Shown here one piece after another: positions 47,692-58,496 of a DNA stretch of 64,000 nt. The stretch is from an uncultured Verrucomicrobiae bacterium (GTDB lineage: Bacteria; Verrucomicrobiota; Verrucomicrobiia; Palsa-1439). The stretch is taken from the NCBI GenBank assembly GCA_963836315.1, contig CAWIJG010000002.1:1699791-1763790 (forward strand). Reading direction: 5' to 3'. Below the pieces are notes generated by a model. The model made no database searches and was not told the DNA's origin. It saw only the letters and a program-made list of their open reading frames with translations. How positions within the stretch are numbered: the stretch's first letter is position 1; every line of letters starts with the position of its first letter. Position numbers and translations under genes: made by a program.

Positions 47692-49242
47692 TCACTTGTT
47701 GGCGCCCAAAAGAGGGGCCAGCATCGGCTGGAAGAATCGTGGCACGTGCCCGAGGACTTCCACTCGCATTTCCCTGGTCATGCCGTAGCGGAGAAATAGA
47801 ATAAGACCGAGAGGGCCAAGCGACACTGCATTCACTACCAACCGTGGGACGGGCCGGAGCCCTTGGCCAAGATACCACACGACCAGTGCCGTCAGGATCA
47901 TGATCCCCGCCACTCTTACCGTCGTAGCCAGCCACCGAAGCTCCAATTCGGGAAAATGGAACCCGAAGTAGGCGTTGATGCGTTTGATACCGTAGGGCCC
48001 GCTGAAGCAGGCGCTGCACAAAATCGAGGTGCCAATAATCGCTGGAAAACCTCCTTGACGGCTCACCAGGCTGGCGACAATGACAAATACCAGGCCTTCC
48101 AGCAGATAGACGTACCGCATAAAGCCGATTCGTTTGGTCAGAATGGTGAAACAATTGTCGGCATGAACGACGATGGTAACGATCAGCCAGCAGTCCAATA
48201 GCACGTCATTCCATCCCGACCACGAGATCTTGCCCGCGGTCCACACAGTAACGAAGGTGCTATTGCAGGACGCGTAGATCACTGCGGCAACGACGCCGAT
48301 CACTTCCGAAATAACGAGGATTCCACTGAAACGCGTCCGCAGTCTCTCGTGCTCGCCCCGGACGATCATTTCGGAGAACGCCGGCTCCGAGAAATCATAA
48401 AACTGGTAGATCAACTGGCTGATGAAGGCAAACGCCTTCGTGCCCACAACCCAGACGGCCACCGCCACCAACCCCATGGTGCGTGAGATGATCACAGACT
48501 GGGTTGCCATGATCAGCAGGCTGCCGAGGTGGATCACGAACACATCCTTGCTATACATGAATAGTTCCTTGAACCGTGACCACACCGGTCTTCCCCAAGC
48601 ATGACGCGGGGGGAGCAACCGCAGCTTTAAACAGCTCCAGCAGTTGACGGACACGCTGAACATCAGGGCGAACGCATTCATCCACAGAATGCTGAACACG
48701 CCGGATTGCGCCCTTAATGCCACATAGAGAACTCCGAGCTGAACGAGAAACATAACGGCCTGCATGTGATTGATGATGTCGTTACGTTGGTGTGCATACA
48801 GAACGTTCCGGAACAAGCGGGTCGCAAAGGTTGCGCCGGTAATGGCGCATTGCCAGCGCACCAAAAGGTTGAACTGTGGCCGGACTTCGATTGGTATCCG
48901 CAGGAGATTGGCGAAGAATGGGGCCAGTAGTAGCCCCGTCGCCAGAATCAGGAGTCCCTGCACCAGATTCACCAGAACGGCTGTCTGGATCAGGCTCCCG
49001 TACGCCCCGCTGGCGGGTTGGTCCTTCTCTTCAATCAACAGGCGCGCCACGGCTGGCGACATGCCGAAATCGATCACGATCAGATAGCTCGCAATCTGAA
49101 ACATCAAGGCCCACAACCCGAACTCCTGCTTGGTTACGAAGTGGAGAGCCAGGGGTACGGAAGCAACCGAGTAGACGAGATTGCTTGCCAGCGATACATA
49201 GCTGGAAGCGATGCTGTGAAGAAAAAAACGAAGTCGTGACAT
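47692..49242 (-). CDS. wzx: Polysaccharide/O-unit flippase, Wzx-like (MOP superfamily, PST family)
   Basis: 516 aa, ~12-14 TM. N-terminal SYVSLASNLVYSVASVPLALHFVTKQEFGLWALMFQIASYLIVIDFGMSPAVARL, typical of PST-family transporters. Confidence 0.7.
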   Translation of the reverse strand: MSRLRFFLHSIASSYVSLASNLVYSVASVPLALHFVTKQEFGLWALMFQIASYLIVIDFGMSPAVARLLIEEKDQPASGAYGSLIQTAVLVNLVQGLLILATGLLLAPFFANLLRIPIEVRPQFNLLVRWQCAITGATFATRLFRNVLYAHQRNDIINHMQAVMFLVQLGVLYVALRAQSGVFSILWMNAFALMFSVSVNCWSCLKLRLLPPRHAWGRPVWSRFKELFMYSKDVFVIHLGSLLIMATQSVIISRTMGLVAVAVWVVGTKAFAFISQLIYQFYDFSEPAFSEMIVRGEHERLRTRFSGILVISEVIGVVAAVIYASCNSTFVTVWTAGKISWSGWNDVLLDCWLIVTIVVHADNCFTILTKRIGFMRYVYLLEGLVFVIVASLVSRQGGFPAIIGTSILCSACFSGPYGIKRINAYFGFHFPELELRWLATTVRVAGIMILTALVVWYLGQGLRPVPRLVVNAVSLGPLGLILFLRYGMTREMRVEVLGHVPRFFQPMLAPLLGANK

Positions 49243-49494
49243 GGCCCGCTCGGCTTAAACCAACACCTCAATGCCGTGATCGTATTGCTTTGTCGTTAGG
49301 CTCCGACCGTGCTCGACATTTCCCATATGACTCACGCCCCGCGACCGCTGCGGGCCATTCAGCCTGACAGCCACTCACAGTATCACTTTAGACAATGCCG
49401 ACAAGCCGATTCTGATGCTTTTGTGTTCACTCCCAGATCGGATTCCCTATTGCGGAGAGGATGGTCGCCGCCTCCGGCAACGTCCAATACGGCG

Positions 49495-50175
49495 TCACGG
49501 ACCCGTTTGGGGCAACTGTTTCAGGCAGCGGATCACACGTGCCGGATTGCCCACGACCAATGAGTCGGGCGGGATCTCCTTGATTGAAACCACGCTGCCG
49601 GCGCCAATGATGCTGCGGTCGCCGATGGTGACACCCTTTAAGATTACGGCGTTGGCGCCGATCAAGACGTCGTCCCCGATTGCGACGGGTGCGGTTCTAC
49701 AGCCGGCTCTGTCAGCCGCAACGTCGCGGCGGGCGAGATGGTCCAAGGCGTGAAAATCGTGGTCGTAAATTCGGGCGCTCCCGCCGATTTTCGTGTTCTG
49801 ACCGATCCGAATACTGGTCTTGGAGGACAGAACCGCAAACGAGCAGCCGCTATTATTGCCGATGGCAATGCGGCCTTCACCCAGGCACTGGAAGATCGTG
49901 GGATTCGTCCGGCCAACCAGATTGGAACCGGTGCGGGAGTTGATTATCACGTTCTCGCCAATCTGAATGGCGCCCCGTCGAGCCACGCGAATGATAGCGT
50001 GACCATCCACGCGAAGGCCCCGACCATACGGGCAGCTGAGTATCCGCAGCAGCATTTTGGTTCTGAGTGTCCAAAAGAACGTGGAGGCGTATCCGACGAT
50101 GATGTCAAACGCGACAAACAGATGCGCGGGGAAGTCATACTTGTCGATAAACTGTTGCAGACGCGTTCTCTTCAT
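49495..50175 (-). CDS. Hexapeptide-repeat (left-handed beta-helix) acetyltransferase, WcaF/maltose-O-acetyltransferase-like
   Basis: Isoleucine-patch hexapeptide repeats (IGENVIINS...IGNNSGCSF...[16 protein letters not shown]...[31 protein letters not shown]). Start taken at MKRTRL. Confidence 0.75.
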   Translation of the reverse strand: MKRTRLQQFIDKYDFPAHLFVAFDIIVGYASTFFWTLRTKMLLRILSCPYGRGLRVDGHAIIRVARRGAIQIGENVIINSRTGSNLVGRTNPTIFQCLGEGRIAIGNNSGCSFAVLSSKTSIRIGQNTKIGGSARIYDHDFHALDHLARRDVAADRAGCRTAPVAIGDDVLIGANAVILKGVTIGDRSIIGAGSVVSIKEIPPDSLVVGNPARVIRCLKQLPQTGP

Positions 50176-50191
50176 GGCCCCGTCCATCTAA

Positions 50192-51388
50192 TCAGCCGGG
50201 CCCGATTGCTTCAAGCTTCAAGATTTCATGGTAGGCATCCATGGTCTGCGCCGCGACGCGTTCGGGCAGGTGGCGCTCCCGGGCGACCGGCTGTGCGTTC
50301 CTGCCCAGGCGCGCTCTCTCCTCGGGATGTTCGAATAATTGAAGAATGACCTCCGCCAGGCGAGCGGGGTCACGAGGAGGAACCAGCAGTCCGGTTTGCC
50401 CATCTTCCACCATCGACGGAATTCCGCCAACGGCGGTGGCGATTACGGGCATACCCGAAACCATCGCTTCCGCGAGTGTGTTCGGACTATTCTCGTTTCC
50501 AGACGGCAGGACGAATACCTGGCAATCGAGATGGTGCCTGGCGATCTGATCCTTTGATTGGAAACCCAGAAACTCAACGTGGCTGGCGATCTGCAGGCGT
50601 TCACACAATTCTTTATAGCCGGTTTGATCTCCGCCCCCAACGACCGTGAGCATGGTCTTCGGGCGCGTGCCCAGCACCAGTTTCAACGCCTCGAGCAGGA
50701 TGTCGAGGCCCTTGCGCTTTTCGAGCGAGCCGACATAAAGCAGTCGGTCCGTATCGCGCACCTCCCAGTTGTTGTGAAAGTAAACAGGGCTCATCGCCTC
50801 ATGGATGGTGAAGATGCGGGCGCGCGGGTTGACCGATCGGACGAACCCGGTGTCGAAGTTGGTGCGGCACGTGAAGTATTTGGAGCGACGCACGGAATCC
50901 TGTTCGTAATGGCGGACAATTTGATAGCGCAGGCACGGATCGGTCTTGAAGTACTCTGTGATGATGCCCTGAATCGAGATCAGATAAGGGAAACCGGAGT
51001 ATTGTGCCGCCAGCGCGTAGGCGGCCTCGGTGCCATGCGCATGCACGATGTCGGGGCGGATGCGTCGCAGCTCGGCCGTGAAGCGGCGGATGTTCCAGGC
51101 GAACCGGGTGAGCATGTCCAGTTGCATGAACCCAGGGAAACCACGGTGAAGAAACGGAACCCCGCATTTCTGCACGTGATAGACGATGTTGCCATTCGTG
51201 ATGGTTTGGCTTCGCGTGACAAGGGGGCTCTCGGTCAGCAGGTGCAATTCCACGTCGGGTCGCTGCGACAACGCCTGGGAAAGATTGACGATCCAACTAC
51301 AGGGGTGAGACACGGGGACGTGACGTCCCAGCTTCAGTGCGGGCGCGAGATACTGCACTGGATAGGGTGCAAGCCAGGTAATTCTCAT
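50192..51388 (-). CDS. Glycosyltransferase family 4 (GT-B)
   Basis: 398 aa. MRITWLAPYP N-terminus. C-terminal GT4 E-x7-E region (FVLPSGNENSPNTLAEAMVSGMPVIATAVGGIPSMV). Confidence 0.85.
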   Translation of the reverse strand: MRITWLAPYPVQYLAPALKLGRHVPVSHPCSWIVNLSQALSQRPDVELHLLTESPLVTRSQTITNGNIVYHVQKCGVPFLHRGFPGFMQLDMLTRFAWNIRRFTAELRRIRPDIVHAHGTEAAYALAAQYSGFPYLISIQGIITEYFKTDPCLRYQIVRHYEQDSVRRSKYFTCRTNFDTGFVRSVNPRARIFTIHEAMSPVYFHNNWEVRDTDRLLYVGSLEKRKGLDILLEALKLVLGTRPKTMLTVVGGGDQTGYKELCERLQIASHVEFLGFQSKDQIARHHLDCQVFVLPSGNENSPNTLAEAMVSGMPVIATAVGGIPSMVEDGQTGLLVPPRDPARLAEVILQLFEHPEERARLGRNAQPVARERHLPERVAAQTMDAYHEILKLEAIGPG

Positions 51389-51406
51389 GCGCAGTAGGAG
51401 GCGCGA

Positions 51407-52993
51407 TCAGTTCCCCAGGTTCCCGGGACGCAAAGCGAAACGGGGAACGGTTGCCGGCTGCGGTAAACGGATCGGTTCCGTTGCCGGAGCGGTTGCGGAG
51501 GGGGGATACCTCTCCGCCATGCCAAGGATCAGAACCAGCAGGCCCGTAAGAAGCAACATCTGGGGTACGTCAGCATCATAAGCGCCAAAAATCAATGTGA
51601 AATGGAACGGTATCCAGACCAACTGAACGGCCAAAAAAACCGCCGCGGGAAACAGGGGCGAGCCGCGGCACCGGCCAACACATTTTACGGAGTAGACCGC
51701 CGCGGCGATCATCCACGCATAGTACAGAACCAGTCCGATGACTCCCGCGAAGCGAATCGTGGTCAATGGACCGTTGTGAAGGTTGCCCGTTACAGTAAAC
51801 CAATCGAAGGTGTGGGACGAGAACGCCATCAAATTGAAGTCGCTTTCAGTGACACCAAAACCGTCACCCGTCCACCAGTTCTTGATCACGCCTTCGCTAA
51901 GAATGGTGCGCCACCACGCAAAGCGCCCCTCCGAACTTTCTCTGGCTTCGTCCTTGACGACTTCGGTCCACTCGCCGGGCAGAAAGGCGAGTGCTCGTTG
52001 GGCGGTCAAGGGCAATTGGAAAAAGCGACCCTGGCCGAAGATCAGGATCCCGACGAATAACGTGCCGACGGCCCCCACCAGGACCATGTGACGCCAGCTG
52101 CGTTGGAATATCGAAGCGAGCACGACCGACACCATCGCGTAGGCCAGCATATTGCGGAAACCCGAAGCCAGGATGCCCGCGATGGCCAGTAGAAACAGAT
52201 AGCACCGCCACCGCAGCGGATTAAAGAGTGTTTGCGGCGGGTAATAGGCCACCAGAATCTGCACCAGCATCAGGCCGAAACCGCCCAGTTGCATGAATCG
52301 TCTGATCTCCGGCTCCCCCGTCCTCACCGAAGCGAAGAGGCTTGAGGTGTCGATGCCCCCATAGAAGGGCAGAATAAACCTTGCAGTGGACGGAAAGATG
52401 TACACGATCACGTTGATTGCAGTGACAAGGACCATTCCCCCCAACATCCAAAGCGGAGCTTTGGAAACGCTCTGGTAGGATTCGGGCAAATGCACGATCA
52501 CCCAATATGCGAACAGGGCAAGTAACATGTTGATGTAGGGACGTGCGCCCATCGTCTCGGCACCGAGCGCCCGCACTCCTGCGGGGTGCAACACAAATGT
52601 GAAGGCAATATAGGCGCAGTTGACGGCCACGAGTGTTTCCAATATGCCCCAGGGCCGGCGAGCGTTGCTGCCAATCAGGACGCGATAGGTGATATACCCG
52701 CACATCGCGAGCAAGATCGAGATGTCATGGATTGAAGCTGGTACGGGAAGCACGTAGGTACTGCCCGTGATGTACCAACAAACGAGAATCAGCAGCCAGG
52801 CATTTCGTTGCAGTCCCACGGCCACCAAGGTCGCTAGGATCACCCCCCCCAAGATTCCGAGCATGAGCATCTGCTGGTCCGCAATCCAGAAAGATACGGC
52901 AATCGCTACGGCGAAGCCAATGGTCAGAACGGTCCACCGACGGATGTACTCGGGGGCCAGCAGAGGGTTCTGTATAATGTCGAAAAGTTTCAT
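51407..52993 (-). CDS. O-antigen polymerase/ligase family membrane protein (Wzy/WaaL-like)
   Basis: ~12 TM with a large periplasmic loop near the C-terminal third (EWTEVVKDEARESSEGRFAWWRTIL). Start taken at MKLFDI; the ORF-track extension to 53101 is unlikely. Confidence 0.6.
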   Translation of the reverse strand: MKLFDIIQNPLLAPEYIRRWTVLTIGFAVAIAVSFWIADQQMLMLGILGGVILATLVAVGLQRNAWLLILVCWYITGSTYVLPVPASIHDISILLAMCGYITYRVLIGSNARRPWGILETLVAVNCAYIAFTFVLHPAGVRALGAETMGARPYINMLLALFAYWVIVHLPESYQSVSKAPLWMLGGMVLVTAINVIVYIFPSTARFILPFYGGIDTSSLFASVRTGEPEIRRFMQLGGFGLMLVQILVAYYPPQTLFNPLRWRCYLFLLAIAGILASGFRNMLAYAMVSVVLASIFQRSWRHMVLVGAVGTLFVGILIFGQGRFFQLPLTAQRALAFLPGEWTEVVKDEARESSEGRFAWWRTILSEGVIKNWWTGDGFGVTESDFNLMAFSSHTFDWFTVTGNLHNGPLTTIRFAGVIGLVLYYAWMIAAAVYSVKCVGRCRGSPLFPAAVFLAVQLVWIPFHFTLIFGAYDADVPQMLLLTGLLVLILGMAERYPPSATAPATEPIRLPQPATVPRFALRPGNLGN

Positions 52994-53299
52994 TACCGGG
53001 GGCGTCTTCCAGCATTCAGCGTACCCGGACTTTACATGTGCCCTCGTCAACCTGCAAGTGCCTCGGAAAGAAATCTGCTGGCAGGGAGGATCCTTGGCCA
53101 CAGCCCGCAGGATTTATGCGATTCGGCGCCGAATCAGAGTGGGAATTCCTGCCAGGCGCTTTCGGGCCGCACATTGAAACTTGGGCTTGAAAAGGCATTT
53201 GATGAACCTATACCGGCTGTGCTAGGAATCAGCCTGGCCCCGCCCATGAGAATGCCCGGGGATCGGAAGGCAATATCCTGAGCGTCGGAGCCGGATGAC

Positions 53300-54481
53300 G
53301 TGATGACAGCTACAACGGTTGAAGTTTCTGTAGTGATCCCGTGTTTGAATGAGGCGCGGTCCATCGCCTTTTGTGTGGACAAAGCCTTGGCCGGGTTCAA
53401 AGCCGGGGGCATCGCCGGTGAAGTAATCGTGGCCGACAACGGTTCGACGGACGGTTCACAGCAGATTGCCATGCAGCATGGGGCGCGTGTCGTAGTCGTC
53501 GCGCTGAAAGGGTATGGACACGCCTTGCGGACGGGCATCGAGGCCGCGTGGGGGCAGTTCATCATCATGGGCGACGCCGATGACAGTTACGATTTCTCGG
53601 AGGCGCCGCGGTTTGTAGCCCAATGGCGTGAAGGATGGGAAGTGGTGATGGGCAATCGGTTTGCGGGCGAGATCAAGGCAGGCGCGATGCCCTGGCACCA
53701 CAGGTATATCGGCAACCCGGTTTTGTCGGGTTTGTTGCGGATATTGTTCCACGCTCACATTGGTGATTCGCATTGCGGGATGCGGGGGTTCACCAAGTCG
53801 GTGTATGAGCGAATGGATTTGCGGACCACCGGCATGGAATTTGCCAGCGAGTTTGTCATCAAGGCTGCCAAGCTCCAGGTGCGCATGACGGAGATCCCCA
53901 TCACTCTCTGGCCCGACAAACGCGGGCGGCCTCCGCATCTGCGCAGTTTTCGCGATGGCTGGCGCCACCTGCGTTTCATGCTGCTGTACGCTCCCAATTG
54001 GTTGTTTCTCGGCCCCGGTGGAGCGTTAATGACGGTCGGACTGGCGCTGGTCGTCTGGCTCCTGCCGGGACCGCGTTGGATCGGCCAGGTGCGGTTTGAC
54101 ATTCACACGATGTTCTTTGGGGTTCTCTTTACGTTACTGGCGATGCAGATTCTATCGATCGGACTGTTTGCCAAGATTTTCTCGTACACCGAGCGATTTG
54201 ATCATTCCAACGTCGGATTGAGCCGCTGGCTGCGGCGGCTGCCGCTGGAAAGCGGGCTGGTGGCCGGAACGGCGCTGGCAATCGTGGGCTTCGTCGGAAA
54301 TGTGGCCATCTTTTGGAAGTGGAAACAAGGGGGATTTGGGGCATTGTCGGAAATGCGATGGCTGTTGTTTTGGTCGATGTTGTTTTTCATCGGGGCCCAG
54401 ATCGTGTTTTCATCTTTCTTTATGAGCATGCTCGGCGTCAGCCGCGGAACCTATGTTGGCGACAAAGAGTTTCAGTCATGA
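53300..54481 (+). CDS. GT2 polyprenyl-phosphate glycosyltransferase with C-terminal TM domain (ArnC/GtrB/CsbB-like)
   Basis: VSVVIPCLNEARSI...VIVADNGSTDGS...IIMGDADDSYD GT-A motifs. Four C-terminal TM helices (LFLGPGGALMTVGLALVVWLL...). Architecture of undecaprenyl-phosphate sugar synthases. Confidence 0.8.
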   Translation: MMTATTVEVSVVIPCLNEARSIAFCVDKALAGFKAGGIAGEVIVADNGSTDGSQQIAMQHGARVVVVALKGYGHALRTGIEAAWGQFIIMGDADDSYDFSEAPRFVAQWREGWEVVMGNRFAGEIKAGAMPWHHRYIGNPVLSGLLRILFHAHIGDSHCGMRGFTKSVYERMDLRTTGMEFASEFVIKAAKLQVRMTEIPITLWPDKRGRPPHLRSFRDGWRHLRFMLLYAPNWLFLGPGGALMTVGLALVVWLLPGPRWIGQVRFDIHTMFFGVLFTLLAMQILSIGLFAKIFSYTERFDHSNVGLSRWLRRLPLESGLVAGTALAIVGFVGNVAIFWKWKQGGFGALSEMRWLLFWSMLFFIGAQIVFSSFFMSMLGVSRGTYVGDKEFQS

Positions 54482-55787
54482 CGGGAGCGGTGTGCCAACC
54501 GTATTAGTGACCGGGGCCGCGGGTTTCATTGGCCGAAATGTTGTCACCCGCCTGCTGCAACGCGGCTGGCACGTGAAGGCGATGGTGCGGCGCTTGGAAA
54601 CGTCTGAGGGGTTGCCGAAAAATGATCTTCTCGAAATCGTCCAGGCCGACATGCGGGATGTGGAGGCGCTACGCCGGGCGGTGCAAGATACAGATGCCGT
54701 CGTTCATCTCGCCGCCGCGAAGACCGATGAGAAGGATAGCGAAGAGATCAATGTCGGCGGCGCACGGAATTTGGTGGCCAACTGCCGCGCAACAGGGTGT
54801 TTGCGCATAGTCAACATCAGCACGCAATCGGCAAAAATCCTTCGCAAGGGGTTGTACGCGCGAACCAAGAGTGCAGCCGACGAGGTGTTTCACGGTTCAG
54901 GGTTGGCGGTGACCACCCTGCTGCCGAGTATCGTTTACGGGGATGAAACCAGCGGCGTGTTCGGTACTGTGCTGGGTTTCGTGCAGAGGCTGCCAGTGGT
55001 GCCGGTTCTGGGGGATGGTCGGTGGATTTCGGCGCCAGTCTATGTGGGTGATGTGGCCGAAGCGATTCTCGCCTGCTTGGAACACGACAAGACGATCGGT
55101 CAACGCTACGATCTGGGCGGTCCCGACCAACTCTCGTTCGACGATTTCATCGACCGCATTTGTGCTGCCCGGTCCATCCGGCGACCGAAGTTGCACATCC
55201 CATTTGGCCTGTCACTCCTGGCGGCCCGGGTCGCGACGCGGCTGTTGCCCAAGCCGGCGATCACCATCAGCAATGTGCTCGGGTCCAACCAGAATACCCA
55301 CATCGATATCGGACCTGCCCGGCGAGACTTCGGATTTCAGCCGATGGATTTTCAAAGCGGCTTGGCACGCGTGCTCGGAGCCGTAACCGCCGAAGATCGC
55401 ATTCTTGCCACGGAAAGCACCACAATCGCGCGGTATTTGATTGGGCGGGCACCCTCGCTCGAATTGCAACACCGATATGCGGCCGCGTGCCGGGTGCGAT
55501 TGCGCGAGGGCGCGGACGTCGAACTGGAGTTCGCCCGCCGCCATCCGTACTCCTGGCCGTTCTTGGATGCCGCCACCGGGCTGCTCCGCCCGTATTCAGG
55601 CGTGCGAGAGCGAGTGTTTCTGATGGCTGCGGTGCTGGAAGCGTCACCGGAACACGCGGAGTTCTTCCTCAAACCGCCGGAGAAGCCACTGAAGTTAATA
55701 ACCCGTGTGGCCTGGCAGGGAATCCGTAGCGTGGTGTTGGCTGCGGTTGGTGTTCCACTTTTGTTCTGGGCGAGGCGCAGAGCATGA
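54453..55787 (+). CDS. NAD(P)-binding SDR-type epimerase/reductase with ~140-aa C-terminal extension ending in a TM helix
   Basis: VLVTGAAGFIGRNVVTRL Rossmann motif, YARTKSAAD (YxxxK). C-terminal hydrophobic segment VVLAAVGVPLLFW. Overlaps the GT2 end. Alternative GTG start at 54489. Confidence 0.7.
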   Translation: MLATKSFSHDGSGVPTVLVTGAAGFIGRNVVTRLLQRGWHVKAMVRRLETSEGLPKNDLLEIVQADMRDVEALRRAVQDTDAVVHLAAAKTDEKDSEEINVGGARNLVANCRATGCLRIVNISTQSAKILRKGLYARTKSAADEVFHGSGLAVTTLLPSIVYGDETSGVFGTVLGFVQRLPVVPVLGDGRWISAPVYVGDVAEAILACLEHDKTIGQRYDLGGPDQLSFDDFIDRICAARSIRRPKLHIPFGLSLLAARVATRLLPKPAITISNVLGSNQNTHIDIGPARRDFGFQPMDFQSGLARVLGAVTAEDRILATESTTIARYLIGRAPSLELQHRYAAACRVRLREGADVELEFARRHPYSWPFLDAATGLLRPYSGVRERVFLMAAVLEASPEHAEFFLKPPEKPLKLITRVAWQGIRSVVLAAVGVPLLFWARRRA

Positions 55788-57400
55788 ACGCGTTCTGCGA
55801 TGTAATCGTGGTCGGTTCCGGCGCAAGCGCCGTGCACGCGGCCCGAGCAGTAGTGGAAGCAGGACGTACCGTGGTGATGATCGACGTGGGACACGAGGAC
55901 ACGACGTACGGAACCCTGATCGCGCAGGCTCCCTTTGCCCAGTTACGCCGTTCTGATCGGGGCCAGCACCGTTATTTCCTCGGAGACGAGTTTGAAGGCG
56001 TTCCTCTGGGCGTGTTGGGTGCCGGACCGCAGGTCACGCCGCCGCAGCAATACGTGGTGCGGCATGTCGACGCGCTTACCCCCACGCGGGCCCCCGATTT
56101 CGCGGCGCTCGAAAGCGTGGCGCTCGGCGGATTGGGTGGCGCGTGGGGCGCGGTGTGCTTTCCATTTCTAGAACACGAATTGTCACAGTGCGGGTTGCCG
56201 GCGGCTGAGATGCGTGAGCACTACGAGGTCATTGCCCGCCGCATCGGGATTAGCGGCGATCGCGATGATCTTGAACCGTTGCGCGGTCGGATCGAGCCGC
56301 TACAGGCACCATTGGAAATTGACACCAACGCCTCTCTGATTCTCGCCCGGTACGAACGCCGAAAGAAGGCGCTTCGCGGCGAGGGGGTTTATGTCGGGAA
56401 ACCATTATTGGCGGTACTCAGCCAGGCAATGAACGACCGCCAAGCAAACCCCTATTACGATATGGACTTCTGGTCGAATGCCGGCAACAGCGTCTATCGC
56501 CCGCAATTGACAGTGCGCCAGTTGGAGAGGTCTCGCAACTTTTCATATCGCCGACCCTATCTGGTGGACAGCTTTGTGGAGACGGTTGATGGTCGGGTTA
56601 GTGTCCAAGCTCGTGCGTTGAACGCCGGGGGCGCCGAAACGTTTGAAGCGCGCCGCCTGATCCTGGCGGCCGGTGCGTTGGGTACCGCGCGGATCGCCTT
56701 GCGATCGCTCGGTCAATACGACATGCCTGTGCCGCTCACGTGCAACGCACACGGTTATATCCCCTGCCTGCATTACCGCAATCTTGGCCAGGCACCCGCC
56801 GACCGCTGTCATAGCCTCGCGCAATTGACCATGATCTACGATCCCACGGGGGATCGTCAGCATCTCGTGCAGGGCCAGCTGTACTCGTATCGTTCGCTGC
56901 TATTGTTTCGCCTGCTGAAGGAATTGCCGTTGCCCCAATCAGAGTCTCTGCGCATCATGCGTGAACTGGCGCCCAGCATGGTGATCTGGGTGATCCAGCA
57001 CGAAGATCACTTGAGCCCCGACAACCACTGCGTACTGCGACGGAGTCCGGGCGGAGGCGGTGACTACCTGGATATTGCGTGGCAGGAGTCCACCGTTGTA
57101 AGAAAGTCCCAGCAATCGAGCGAACGGGCAATGATGCGTGCTATGCGGCGGTTGGGTTGCTGGCCGTTGCGTCCCGTGCATCCCCAGCACGGATCGAGTG
57201 TCCACTACGCCAGCACGTTGCCTTTCAGCACTGTCGACAAACCACTGACCACAGAACCGTCAGGCCGATTGCGGGGGACGAACGCGGTGTACATCGGCGA
57301 TGGCGCGGCCTTTGCCTACCTGCCTGCAAAGGGGTTGACCGGCACCCTGATGGCCAACGCCAACCGCATTGGCGAGTTCGTGGCGCGAAGCATGGGCTAG
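55784..57400 (+). CDS. GMC-family FAD-dependent oxidoreductase
   Basis: N-terminal FAD Rossmann DVIVVGSGASAVHAARAVVEAGRTVVMID. C-terminal GMC active-site region (HYASTLPF...VYIGDGAAFAYLPAKGLTGTLMANANRI). 538 aa. 4-nt overlap with the upstream SDR gene. Confidence 0.75.
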   Translation: MNAFCDVIVVGSGASAVHAARAVVEAGRTVVMIDVGHEDTTYGTLIAQAPFAQLRRSDRGQHRYFLGDEFEGVPLGVLGAGPQVTPPQQYVVRHVDALTPTRAPDFAALESVALGGLGGAWGAVCFPFLEHELSQCGLPAAEMREHYEVIARRIGISGDRDDLEPLRGRIEPLQAPLEIDTNASLILARYERRKKALRGEGVYVGKPLLAVLSQAMNDRQANPYYDMDFWSNAGNSVYRPQLTVRQLERSRNFSYRRPYLVDSFVETVDGRVSVQARALNAGGAETFEARRLILAAGALGTARIALRSLGQYDMPVPLTCNAHGYIPCLHYRNLGQAPADRCHSLAQLTMIYDPTGDRQHLVQGQLYSYRSLLLFRLLKELPLPQSESLRIMRELAPSMVIWVIQHEDHLSPDNHCVLRRSPGGGGDYLDIAWQESTVVRKSQQSSERAMMRAMRRLGCWPLRPVHPQHGSSVHYASTLPFSTVDKPLTTEPSGRLRGTNAVYIGDGAAFAYLPAKGLTGTLMANANRIGEFVARSMG

Positions 57401-58248
57401 CGCAGAGACTGCTGGGGAATCCTCAACTCGGTGTGCCACCAACCATACGGGGCGACGACGATGTCTTTCTCAGGTTTCAACAACCGATTCCCCAGGCGCC
57501 GCGCCAGACGCAACACTTGGTATCCACCGTGCAACATCCAGAGCGTTGGCCCATTGTCCAACCAGCGCAGGCGGCGCAGGCCGAGATAGTGTCGTTGCAG
57601 CGCGCGGAATTCCTGGCGACCGCGCGCATGATGAACCGAACTCACGTTGGCTTCATGCCAGCGGAAGCAAGCCAGTGGCTGCGGCAGATGTTCAAATCGG
57701 AAACCAGCCTGCGCCAGGCGCAGGTAATACTCCAAGTCCATGGCAACCTTCTGCGATGCGTCAAGCAAGTGACCGGCGTCGACCAGTTCACGACGGTAGA
57801 AGGTGGCAGTCGACGGGATGAATGTCCCGTAAAAGAGGAGCATCCAATAGCTGAAGTCGCCTTCGCGCTTCTTCTTCACAATATTGCCCTGCTTGTCCAC
57901 GAAGTCAGAATCGCCGTAGATCACATCCGCTTGGGGGTGGGCTTGTGCAAACTGGGCTGCTTTGGCAAACGTTTTCGGCAACAGGTAATCGTCAGCGTTC
58001 AACCACATCAACCAGTCACCGGTAGCTTGGCGGAACCCCTTGTTGATCGCATCCGTTTGTCCCCGGTCCGGTTCGGAAGTCCACCGGATGTGCGGATACG
58101 ACTTCAAGATCGCCACCGTTTCGTCTGTGGAACAGCCGTCCACGACGATGTGCTCCACCTCGACATCCGCCTGGGCCCGCACGCTCTCAATACAGTCGCG
58201 GATGAAACACCCTTGGTTCAGGCTCGGAGTGATCACGGAAAACTTCAT
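57397..58248 (-). CDS. Glycosyltransferase family 2
   Basis: From MKFSVITPSLNQGCFIRDCIESV...HIVVDGCSTDET...WLNADD (DXD). 283 aa. The longer N-terminal extension in the ORF track is unlikely. Confidence 0.8.
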   Translation of the reverse strand: MKFSVITPSLNQGCFIRDCIESVRAQADVEVEHIVVDGCSTDETVAILKSYPHIRWTSEPDRGQTDAINKGFRQATGDWLMWLNADDYLLPKTFAKAAQFAQAHPQADVIYGDSDFVDKQGNIVKKKREGDFSYWMLLFYGTFIPSTATFYRRELVDAGHLLDASQKVAMDLEYYLRLAQAGFRFEHLPQPLACFRWHEANVSSVHHARGRQEFRALQRHYLGLRRLRWLDNGPTLWMLHGGYQVLRLARRLGNRLLKPEKDIVVAPYGWWHTELRIPQQSLR

Positions 58249-58496
58249 CGCCCCCAATCTATCCGTCCGGGCCGTCGTCGCCAAACAAAAACAAGCCGGC
58301 TGTCCGACGGATACTCTGGTGTGTCCGAAGAGAATTGTCAGAAAGCTCATTGTGAATAGGCACCCAATTTGCTAGAAGAATAGGTCTGATTGTCACTCGA
58401 CTGGTTGGCGAAGCAGAGGGCATCGGGAAGTGCGGGCTCTCGACGGCCCGGTTTGGAAACAGCCTGTCGGTTAGTCCCGCTTAGGAATGCGATAAC

